This document shows, in pieces, positions 27,401 to 38,814 of a stretch of 64,000 nt of DNA; the first letter of the stretch is position 1; each line of letters starts with the position of its first letter. The notes beneath the pieces are model-generated. The model ran no database searches and was not told the origin of the DNA. It saw only the letters and a program-made list of their open reading frames with translations. Location: positions 186,001 through 250,000 of the forward strand of contig CT868653.1 in the NCBI GenBank assembly GCA_000165425.1, written 5' to 3'. The position numbers and the translations under genes were made by a program. The stretch comes from Paramecium tetraurelia (taxonomy: Eukaryota).

Positions 27401-30127
27401 AAACGAATTTGGTTGCCTCACATTTTTTGCAAGTAAAAGTTTAGAAAGAAAAATTAGAATAATAAATTCTAAATTTTTGTATAATAATGGCACATTAGGT
27501 TCAGGAATATTTGCCAAAAAAGTGATAATTGATATAAAAAATAGTTTATTCATCAAGAATATAGCATAACAAGAGGGTGGAGCTATCTATATGGAGGATT
27601 GCAGTAACCATTTTAGGATCAATAATTCTTTTATATTAAAGAATAAAGCTCAACAAGGAGGTGGGATATATTTTAATGGAAATAATCATATCAATAAAGA
27701 TAATGTCAGACATTCATTAATTTTATTAAATTCTGCTGAAGAATTAACAGATAATATTGTAGAATTACCGCATCATTTAACTTTATCAATAAATTATAAT
27801 AAGATGATATCTTCTTAAGAGATATCTGAAAATTTGACTACAAATATTTTAAAATTAAATTCCTATAACATTATAGAGTAAGGTTAATTAATAAATACAA
27901 GTCAACTTTATTTGCCTAGTAATCAAGCAATTATTGACTTTATATTGTTTAATCCAAAAAATTAAGGATATTTATCATACATTTATGAATTTTCTTTGTT
28001 GTTCTCAAATAGTTTGAATGAAAAAGTATCAAATCTTATTAATTTTACTTGCAAAGCATAAATGTTCTCTTAAAATCAAAATAATGAATCTATTGAAAAT
28101 GGTAAACCTATCTTAAATTTACCCTATAACTAAGAAAAAAATATAGTAAATTTGGAATAGCTTACTTTTACATTCGATCCTTATTAAAATAATGATGAAC
28201 TTCTTTTGGTTTAAATAATTTGCTCAACATCCTAAAACTAAAATACTTTGAGATACTTTTTTACAGCCAAAACCTTCAAATGTTAATTGGGAGAATTTTA
28301 TGTAAATAACGGCTGCTAAGTATGTTAACAAAGTCAAGGGTTTTATTCAGTTACTTATGATACAACTAAATGTTCAATTTTTGATAAGACGAAATTTTCA
28401 AACATCACATCCAATAGAATTTAATTACTAAAAGGATTTTGGAGACCGCATGAATAATCTGATGATACTGAACTTTGCTTTAAATAATAAGCATTTTGCT
28501 TAGGTGGATGGGATGTGGGCAATAATCTATGTTTAAGAGGACATGTTGGAGGATTGTGTGAAGAGTGTGATAATTATAATATTAGAGGTGAAGGTCAATT
28601 CTTCAAAGACTTTGAAAATTAAACTTGCCAATTATGTTCTAAAAGTGCAAAAAGCGTATTTATATTTATAGCTGCATCTTTATGGTAATAGTCTTTAAAG
28701 TAATTAGGTCTATATTTTAAATTCTTCTAACGTTAAGAAGTATTGATAAATCAAATCAATTATTTTATTCATTGAAATTAAGGAAGAAGGTTAGCAAAAT
28801 TCTATTTAAACTAAATCAAGGTATAAATTGTATTTTAATAAGATCATCAAAGTATTTAAATAAAAATGTTTATAAATTTCCTATGGATATTTTCGTTAAT
28901 CTTTTCTTTTAACATTTAATTTTCGTTTTCTTTTGGATTTGTTGATCAAATTAGCAATCCTTCTAATTTTATGGCAACTAGTTTAGATTGTTATCTATTA
29001 GATTTCGAATAAATTTAGCTAAATTACTCTAGAATTATAGCAACACTATTGCTAATCTTATTACAACTGATTATCATGTTTCTTGGTTCTCAAATTTTTG
29101 CTCTAACAACCAAGTCTAAAAATGTTAATAGTGTTTTATCGAATACCGGGCTTTACCTTTATGTATCAAATTTTGCTGCATTGATTAAACAGTACAATTA
29201 TTAAGATAAATAGATTTTCTTCATTGTTAGCAAGAAGATAAATATCAAATGTTGATTACATTCAAGGTAATGTATCACTCATGTATGATACTCAATCTCA
29301 CTATACATGGATATATCGATTTATAATACCAGGATTAGGTTTTGTTGGGTGCTTTATTCCTTTATTTTTATTTTCTTTTATGTTCATTATGAGAAAAAAG
29401 CTTGATATGATTAAATTTAGAAAACACATATGTTATATGTTTAATGAATATGATGAGCGTTGTTACTATTGGGAATTCATTAAAATATGGAAGAAGACTA
29501 TATTAATTATAATTCTAACCTACTTTGAAACTAACATACTTTTAAAGGCATCTTTACTAGGACTCAGTTTATTGTTTTATCAATTGTTTGCTGTTAAAAT
29601 TAAGCCATTTATAAATTAAAAACTGAATTCCCTTGACTTAGAAACTGGATAGTTTTGTTCCATCGCCATATTTTTGGCTGCCACTATTTATGTTTGTGAA
29701 TAAACATCAAATCAAATTTATTCTTATCTACTTTAATCTAGTATTATTCTGTTGTTCATTAAGCTCTGTTATCCATTTATTTATTAGATTATTCGCTTAA
29801 ATTATAAAATGTAGAGAGTGAATGTACTTACTCTATTATTGAAATGTAGTAGCTTATTAATGAGTAATTCTGCACTGGTTAAACATTTAAATTTCAAACT
29901 GGTTGAATTAAAATAGAGAGAATAAAAGTTGAACTCAAATATTTAAAAATTGAGACAACATCTATTTTCTGTTTCAAAAAGTATTAATGAAAATTAAAAG
30001 TATTAATATATTAATATTTTCTAGATTATTGTCGTCCTAATAATAATTTTAAAATAAATCTACTTTTAGAATCCTGACTTCTAGAGAAACTGAAGTTGTA
30101 AAATTTATGAAAACTGATCAAGAATGA
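21417..30127 (+). CDS. Giant Cys-rich surface protein: signal peptide, furin-like repeats, beta-helix (GGAI/PMP-type repeats), C-terminal multi-TM domain
   Basis: Hydrophobic N-terminus; CHESCLECDGPTSTDCLSC and many CxxC repeats; N/I/S-rich beta-helix-like region with QEGGAIY and QQGGGIY; CQLGEFY, GFWR, CLRGHVGGLCEECD; several TM segments with YDERCYYWEFIKIWKK. Multiple short introns. Confidence 0.8.
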
Positions 30128-30673
30128 AATTTTTGTTTAAACTCTAATTTAATATGTTAAATTCATAAGTTAATAATTATAAATGAATTTAAGAATATTA
30201 ATTAATAAAATAATGGTCTTTAAATAAAATTAAAAAAGCGGCTAATCAAAATTAACCTCTGTTTTGATTAAATTCTTAATAAGAAATTCTATATAACTTT
30301 TTTAATTTTTCATCTTAGGACGGACCGAGCTTAGTAATGAAGATGTTAAAATTATAATCTTAAGATATAAGGTTTTGTTATAAACAATAAATAACAATAT
30401 TAAAATATTATGGATCAAATAGAAAAATCATTAATTTAATCTAAATTAAAATAATTTAAACATGTTTAATTTTGTAATTCTATTGATTGTAACTTCTAGG
30501 CCTTGCAATAATTTGAAGTGGTTTTCCTAAAAATGTGAAAATTATAAAAAGATATGCACTCCTATAATAAAGTAAAAGAATGTTATATTTTCAGAAAATG
30601 ATAAAATAATAAAAATTATATATAATTTTAGAATTAAATAAATATCTTAGGATATATTATGGAAATGATTCAT

Positions 30674-31577
30674 TCATCTATTGCCAAATCTCACATTTCG
30701 AGTAAATAGATTACCTTCAAGTTTATGTTATTGATGGAATAAGGATTAATAAACTAAAATTACAAATGATAGTTACTCTCGTTCTTTTATAAATCCTGAC
30801 TTTAGTTTTGAAGATTTTAAAGTTTATTGTTTCCAATTGCTTGTTTCATTAATTTGCGCTCTTCTGTACATACTTTTTTTTTTTATTACTATTCTAGATC
30901 TTCAGCTGTGTCCACCACTTTACATTATTTTTTTTGATCTACTTTTTATTTTTCTTTTAATTCAATTTCTTAGTACAATTATGCTTTTCTAATTTCTACT
31001 TCCTCATTAGTTGGACATAATCTACAATAACAATTACAAAATTACTAAACTATGTCTTTCTCTGTGTAAGGTTGATTGCAGATTGGACATTTGAACTCTT
31101 TGATTTTTAAATCTTTAATTAATTTCTCATTAAAAACACATCCACAGGTCCATAAAGCTTAGAATCTATTTAAAAATAATTAAATACTTTTCTTTTCCAT
31201 TTAATGCCTTTTAACTAATGGGACAAACAAAAGGGAACTCATTATTTTGATCTGGATTTTCTGTAATATTCAATTTTTTTATTTTTTTCATCTAGGATAG
31301 GTTTGAAAATATACATTTTATAAATGCTTTAGTTCTTATGGTATTTTCTTTTCCATGAAGGCCTTTAGTAAGGAATCATAATTGTAAAGGTATCCAACTC
31401 TGCAACAAGCAATTGGTTTTCTCAATCTTTCTTTGGTCAATGAGCAAAATTAAGCTCTTTACTATAATCACAAAGAGATCATACTTTTGCAACTAAAATG
31501 CTCTCAACTCTTTTCTCTGGCTTTTTTAATTTAACCAATTCTGCCCTTCCTGCGATACTTCCTCCGTCATTACCCAT
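30674..31577 (-). CDS. RTF2: Replication termination factor 2 (Rtf2 RING-finger)
   Basis: MGNDGGSIAGRAELVK, FCSLTKERLRKPIACCRVGYLYN, FVCPIS, LWTCGCVF, CPICNQPY, C-terminal YQSLF. Confidence 0.88.
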
Positions 31578-31665
31578 AATTAATATATATATTATATATA
31601 AAATAATATAATGTCATGAGAAATTATAAAGTATATGATATAATTCAAAAACATGTCTAAGAGTA

Positions 31666-32630
31666 TCAGCATAGTTTTTTAGAACTTGAAAATTGATTGC
31701 ATTATGATTTTATTGCTTTCAATAGAGCGAGAGTATTTTCGATTTTCTTACCAGTTGTTTATGATTTATTAGCAAAGATGCTATTTTAGGTTTGATTGGG
31801 ATTTGGTGACGCAGTGACACTAGACCAAAAATTGGAGGATGATCTATAGTATTTTTCTTTTTTGATATTGCTTTTTTCAGTTTGTAGTTTAGATTTTTAT
31901 TTAGCATTCAAAAATATTAAGGCTTTATCCTTCATTACTTTGTCAATTGAAATGTTTTATGTATCCTCTGTGAGTATCCTTTGAAAATATGCTCTTGAAG
32001 ATGTGTAGGAATGATGATTATTATATGACTTCTTTGCTCTTGACTGTGAAGAGGGTCGAACAGAGAGACTTTCCATAGAGGATTGAAGTGTTTCTTGTCT
32101 TAGGTCAATGAGGTTCAACTTTTTGGAAAGGGAACTTAAATAGTCAAGTAATTACTTAATTATAAATTTAAGTTCCAATAATTAGTTTGATTATAATTTG
32201 TTTATTTTTGTTTGGTTTTCTACTTATGATTACAGCTACTCACATTATCGAATGCTTTCTTGTAATTGCAACTCTTTTGAGTCTATTTATTCCAACAATT
32301 CTTAAATCTATTTTGATTATTATAACAACTTATTTTCTAATAACTATGTAGGTTGTGCAGACATACTTAATTTTTTTACAATTCAAGTATTAATCGTTCT
32401 GAAGTCTGAATTACTTTGAGATGAGTAATATTCGAATTGTCTTCAGAGTTTTTATCCAATTAAGACACTCTTGACATGGTCATTGATGGTTCTAGTAGGT
32501 TTTAACTATTCTTAAATTTGCTATAATAATCATTCAAAAGGATATCAGTTAGATTGTTAGAGACAAGCATATTGGTGAGATGATCAGATTACGAGATTTC
32601 CAATTATGAGTCTTAATCCTTTTAATCCAT
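31666..32630 (-). CDS. Coiled-coil hypothetical protein
   Basis: Open code-6 frame MDQKDQDSQLEISQSDHLTNMLVSNNL... to KKLC*; Q/E/L-rich heptads. Confidence 0.6.
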
Positions 32631-32707
32631 TAAATAAAGTATAATAAATTAAGATGATTGTTTTAACAATTCTTACTAACAAAGAAAATATAATTATAAA
32701 GCTATAT

Positions 32708-33847
32708 TCAAATACAATCCTCTTCCACTTTCTTGTCACCCCAAGTATTAATGATGTCAATCTAATTTAATTAAAATTCTTACTCTTCTGACCAAAGTGA
32801 GGAGCTTTTAGACCTTTCTATTGTCCTGAACCACTTCAGCCAAATCTGTATAGTAGGTAGACCAAGGGTATGCTTTGTTTTTTAATAGAGTCTAAGGAAT
32901 TAGTTGAAATTCTTACTTCTACAATAATAAGATGATTTCCCTCTATTGCTAAGTAAAGAGGGGTTCTATGCAAAATGTCAGCTGCGTCTACATCTGCATG
33001 ATTCTTTATTAGTAATTCAACCATCTCGACCAAGCCCTTCTTACATGCCCAATGCAAAGCAGTCATGTTATAGAAATCGAAATCAAATACAAGATATCTA
33101 TTATATTCTAGCAATTCATTGACTCTGTCCATTTGATTCAGCTTTACTGCATGAATAAATTCATTTGACATTTTTCGTTAATAAGGCTTTTTAGAGAAGA
33201 CTTTGTTTTCGATCATATATTGTGGATCAATATTCATGGCCTTCAATTTGTTTATTGCTCTCAAAAGTATCATTCTCAATTGTTTTTTTGTTCGCTTTGG
33301 TGGTTCAATCTTAGCTTTCACAAATTAATGATCGAAATCAAAGTGTTACATTATACGAGGAGATTGAAATTCTGATATTACTGTTTCTTTTGGAGATTAC
33401 AAAGCAGGAGGTTTTTGGGCAGAAGAGATTTCCAATTAGGGAGTTTCTTCAATGGTCTTTTGAAATAGTTGAGTTTATGGCAAAGTGTTAAACTTTCCTT
33501 GTTTTGTTTAAGTAAGATAGCCTCTTACGGTTCGATGAGTAGTAGGTCTAGAAGTTTTGGTAGTGTTTGTTGGAGAGAGGTTCTTGATGATACGGAACCT
33601 AGGTGTATTATTTTTGTTATAATTGTATTCTATTTTAAGTTTTGGTACTTTTGGAAAATGTTCACTCAACATTTTACGATGATTTGTAGGTTTGCCTAAT
33701 AATTCTTTTATTTAATTAGTTTGCTGGCTATCCTTTTTTAAATTTGTAACTCTTGGAGGCAATTTAAGCTCCCTGTATATTACGTTTCAAATACCTAAAT
33801 TCACTGAGTATTCGCAAATAACATTTATTTTAATATAATTCATTCAT
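32708..33847 (-). CDS. Ankyrin-repeat protein
   Basis: MNELYQNKCYLRILSEFR|ELKLPPRV...; ankyrin repeats MTALHWACKKGLVEMVELLIKNHADVD and RTPLYLAIEGNHLIIVETLL; three short introns. Confidence 0.85.
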
Positions 33848-33858
33848 TATTATAATTA

Positions 33859-34899
33859 ATGTATAAATTCAACAAGAGTTAAACAGTTCCACCAAGGACC
33901 AAGGAAAAAAGCAGCATTCTCGCTCTCTGTGTTAATTGCGAAGAATTTATTCCTATTGATAGGATAGATCTTCATACCTAAATTTGTACTTAGGTTTCCA
34001 ATAAAGTACGCAAATTTGCGTTTTCTTCTTTTTATTTCGAAGAAAACGATTTCAAATTGAAGAAATTGAAAACCAATTTATCAACCAAAAATTATTAGCA
34101 TACCTAAAGATTGTGTCGAATTTGCGAATTAGTAACGCAGATCAATTCCATAGGATATGTAGAAGAGGCATCGTTGATAGAATTCGAATAAGAACTAATC
34201 CTCATGAGTAAAGAACCAATTCAATCTTTGAATTTATCACTATATATCGAAAGATTACACTCTCTTGTAATACAAAGAATATAAATCATTTAAAATTAGT
34301 TGAATTCTAAAGTTATTAGGCCCTCTTAATCTTAATAGAACTTTTATCCATAAACTAGCACTGTTTATAATTCAAAACAATCTAAAATCTCAACAGGTTC
34401 TACTCAAACTTTGAGTAATATTAATTTATAAAATTTGATTTCTAACAAATTTGAATAGTCGGAAATTTTTGTTTCAGGTCATAGAATTTCATCAAGTCAA
34501 ATCCCAGAGAATCGAATGACAACTATTACTAGATTCTCATAGGATAGTGGAAATTAGTAATAGGTACTTACATCCCAATAACGGAGAGGTGAAGTCCTAT
34601 TAACTAATATAAGTGAATAGTCAGTAGAATCAATAAAAGAATATGTAAATCCAAAAACCTTTGCTTAACGTTGTTTTTACTCCAAGGTTTTAAATATGAA
34701 ACTAGAATACCCATAAACAAGTCCCGCTTAAAAAATACCTGTGTCCTTACTATGGAAATTAGCAGAGTAAAAATAAATAAAATCTGGAAATTGGGATTTA
34801 TTTATTCAATAATGTCTTGATAATCCTTTTGAATATGTGGATCCTAAGAAATTCAATAAAAATTTCAATAATTCGATCTAATATCAACGCAAATATTGA
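33859..34899 (+). CDS. C2HC zinc-finger protein
   Basis: CVNCEEFIPIDRIDLHTQIC near the N-terminus; C-terminal block FYSKVLNMKLEYP..KIPVSLLW..WDLFIQQCL; TGA 34897-34899. Confidence 0.7.
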
Positions 34900-35224
34900 A
34901 TCAATGAATTTAGTTTTCATTTTCAAATATTTATCCAAAACATTATAAGTTTTACTAGGATAAATTAATATTTTACATTTAAATTCTTATTCATTATATT
35001 ATCAATATATATTTATATGATCAAATGAAGTTTATTTAAATCAAGTATATTTTATAATAAAAGTGTAGAATATTGGGTTTAAATAAGATATGAAGGAGGA
35101 ATAAGAATGAGAGAATCTGCTATAATAAATTTAAAAATTAAAATAATTGAAAATTGGAAATTTCTTGAACTTAATTTTTCAAAATTCTACTAAAAATTCA
35201 ATTGCCATTTTTGTAGCTGATTAA

Positions 35225-36394
35225 ATGAAAATTCTTGAAGAAATCACAAATCATTTATAAAAGTCTAATAATCTCGAAAAGTCTACTCGCCAGACTTCTT
35301 TTAAATATATTATTAATTTATATATAATTTATTATATAATAATCAATTTAATTAGAAATGATAATTATGCAATTGTAACTAAATATTCGGCAAGATATAT
35401 CAATATTGAATATTTCTATTCCTTGGTTCTATTTCATATTATTGCTTAGAAGCAACTTAATTCTGTTTTAACTCTTATTAACTTATAGTCATCTTTATAA
35501 TAAAATTCCATAGACATATCTAAAAAAAAATATCGAATACTTTCATAGGAAGAGAAATAAGCTGCAATTAATCAGATGTAGAGCAATTGTGCTTCTTAAT
35601 CACTAGAAATGGTAGCACAGAATTTTTAAACTTCAGTGAAGAATTTAAGAAGGTGGTATCGTGAAGGAGTATAAAGAAAGCCAGGTTGCGGAAGAAAGAA
35701 GTTAAATGAAACTGCAGAAAAGGAACTTGCATTATGGATAATAAATGAGTCAATCAATTAAGGGAAAAGAATAAGAAGGAATGTGTTGAAGGAGAAGGCA
35801 ATTGAATTGTTCAAGGATCCTCAATTTAAGGCTTCAAAAGCTTGGTAGGATGAGTTCATAAAGACTCACGATATCAAATTTCTAGTTAATAAAGAGCTTT
35901 ATAATAGAGGAATGCTTAATAGCTTGCAGGCTTAAAAATTGGAGGAATAGTTGAATATCAGGGAATAAGGAGGATAGTTAGTGATAAAACAAAAACAACA
36001 ATCAGAAGACATACCCACTGAAACTAAGTTAGAGGAGAAGAGAGAGAGAGTGATTACTAGTCCCTTTGATTAGAAGGAGGAAGAAGGAGTTTTTAAGTTG
36101 ATCAGGGATGAGGGAGCAGCACATGAATTGGATTATTTAGATGAGTGGTAGATCAATTAGGGCTCGATGAATTTAATTTATGAAGAAGAAGATGGACTAA
36201 GGGATGAGATTTAGGATGTGTCTGAGGTGTACTTCCCGAAACTAAAGAGAGTAATTGATTAATTTAACCAATATATAAATATATTATAAGAAAAGAAAGG
36301 AAATTATTTAAACTTGGGTTAAAAAGGGAGAAATTTAGATTTTTAATATTAATTTTTCACTAATACATAAATACTTATAATTTTGATAATAATA
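35225..36394 (+). CDS. CENP-B/Tc5(pogo)-type double-HTH DNA-binding protein without DDE domain (start and stop uncertain)
   Basis: KKYRILSQEEKQAAI..VAQNFQTSVKNLRRW..RKPGCGRKKLNETAEKELALWI..LKEKAIELFKDPQFKASKAWQDEFIKTHDI, then acidic tail. No in-frame TGA before the downstream kinase ATG. Confidence 0.7.
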
Positions 36395-37795
36395 ATGAAT
36401 GCTGTTTCACTTTTAATTGATGAACTAAATGATTAAATACTGGCAGATCAATTTTAATACATAGATTCGATAGGAGGAGGATCTTAAGGCAAGGTTGTTA
36501 AGGCTTAGAGCAAAGGCCTAAATTAAAGTGTCGCAATTAAAGTAAATTAGTTAGTTTAAATGGTTAGATTATTGAAAGACATAAAAATAAAGCACAAGAT
36601 TAGGAAGCATCTCTGTTGGAGAAGTGTAATCATTATAATATTGTACATTTTCATAAAGTTGTATTTTTGTATAATTTTAGTTGCTTTATACCCATAATCA
36701 TTTGTATATCATAATGGAGTACTTGCAAGGAATAACCCTCTAGGAGGTAATGCAAAAGCAACTGCGGGAAAACAAAATGAGAAATCTTATTAAACAAATT
36801 TTAGAAGGCTTGAGTTATTTACACAACCAAGGGATTATTCATCGAGATTTGAAGCCATGTAAGAAAAATTTAGGATTTAAGCAAACATATATTTGGTTCG
36901 AGAAAACAATAAATCCATTGTTAAGCTGATTGACCTTGGACTTAGTTATTAAATATGTTCACATAAAATAGCCAATAAGTAATGCGGTACATTACTATAC
37001 ATGGCACCAGAATTGGCATAGGATGTCCCTTATAATCAGACCGTAGACATTTTTGCCCTCGGGATTATTTTTTATTAGTTATTTCATGATGGAAAACATC
37101 CATTCTACGTTCCTGGCATGAGAAGTTCTGATTACTTCAAAAGATTAGCAAAATTGGAGTTTAATTTGGATTTTAAAGAGAATATTCCATCCATGGCAAA
37201 AGATTTTATTTAAAAAACAATGGCTTTATCCCCTGATGATAGAATGTCAGCATATTAATGTTTGGATCATCCATGGATTAAGAACGTTGAACAATAACAA
37301 TATCCAATCACTACAAATGAAATCATCTCAACATTTATAGTGAAATAGAAATTCATAACAATTATCAAGGCCTTAATGATCTAAACATAATTATTGTAAT
37401 TATCCATAAAGAGGGAACCAAGCGAGAGTGAGAGTAGATATTATACTAAATCCTATTTAACAGAAATCGATTCATAGTAAGAATAAGAATTCGTTCATTT
37501 ACGCTTTCCCATGAGTTAGAGAGATAAGCTTCCCAAATCCAAATCGAAAATGCTTAAAACTGTCTAAGGCACATTCAATACGCCTTAAATGAAAAAAAGA
37601 GAGGTTTCAAGATAGTGCTTAGCTTTCAGCTTTTTAGGTTCCCCAAAATTCCTAACACCCTAAGCTCACACTAAAAGGAATCTTAAAACACCTTCTCCTC
37701 CTTAATTTAGATTGCCATCCATTAAATCGCCAAAATAAGTTCAAATTCCGAAGATATCTAATATTATAAATAAATCTAGATTTTTTTAATAATGA
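36395..37795 (+). CDS. CAMK-group Ser/Thr protein kinase
   Basis: IGGGSQGKV, VAIK, HYNIV, IMEYLQG, IHRDLKPSN, KLIDLG, CGTLLYMAPE, VDIFALG, CLDHPWI; three short introns; TGA 37793-37795. Confidence 0.88.
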
Positions 37796-38239
37796 TATAG
37801 ATAAATTTTATATATTAATTTATGGTATTAGATGATCTCATCATATATTATTTCATTTTATTTAGAGTTAAAATCAAAAATCATTCAAGATTTGATGGCA
37901 ATTTAATCTAAATTTATCATCAATTGGTGTTACCTCGAAATGTTATTTATTTAGATATATTTTTGTTAAGACTATATTATTTTCAAAATAATTTTACAAA
38001 TTACTTTAGAGATCATTAAAAATATATTAATGTGTCAAAATTTTCTAATTAAAATGTGAATCTATTATTTACTTATTTAATGTGTATGCATTATTGATCG
38101 AATGATAATATGGTATTTAAAGAAATGATGGTTTATCCTTTTGAATTATGATTTCGTAATTATAGAAAAAAATGAAAAGAAGAAGCATTATTTACTAAAC
38201 CAATCGTAAAGATAAATTCAACAGTAACACAACATAATT

Positions 38240-38554
38240 TCATACAAAATCCTTGCTTTTAGTCTTACTAAACTAACTTTTTTTCATTTGTTCTTCTTTT
38301 TAAACGTTGTTAACTTTAATCTATTTAGGAGACTATGACTTTGGTGACTAGAGGTCTTCGGTTCTTGGAGAAGTAATCTTTATTTCCTTAATCTCATTAA
38401 CAAATGATAATCCATTGTTACAATCCAATTTAGGTGAAAATTACATGTAGGAATTAGATTTCTTATGTTTAGGAGTTTCAGATCCTTAGGAAGATGGAGA
38501 GGATTACCGAGATTTTAATCCCAGTTGGATAGTTAATTGCTTGTTATGCAACAT
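38240..38554 (-). CDS. Small Ser/Pro/Lys-rich hypothetical protein (104 aa)
   Basis: MLHNKQLTIQLGLKSRQSSPSSQGSETPK...MKKSQFSKTKSKDFV*; intronless open frame. Confidence 0.55.
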
Positions 38555-38814
38555 ATCTATATAAGTAATATTTTTATTTTTAATTGGTTAAAACAAAATA
38601 GAGACCATTTAAATCATAAAAATAATATGTAAACTTTCGTTGTTTTTAATTTTTAATAATTCAATATGAATACATAAATATGCATTTATGAATAATGCTA
38701 AATTATTGCTCTGAGTAAATTAAAAAGACTCTCGAGAACTATATTCTTTTTGGGTTTCATGGATCTTTTTATGGATTTTGTGTGAATAAATATTTAATTA
38801 TTTTTAATAAATAA

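Noticed and set aside
33795..33824. ATG at 33824 followed by TGA at codon 8 (possible readthrough or selenocysteine)
   Set aside because: The upstream ATG 33847 plus a 22-nt intron gives a clean frame; no recoding is needed.
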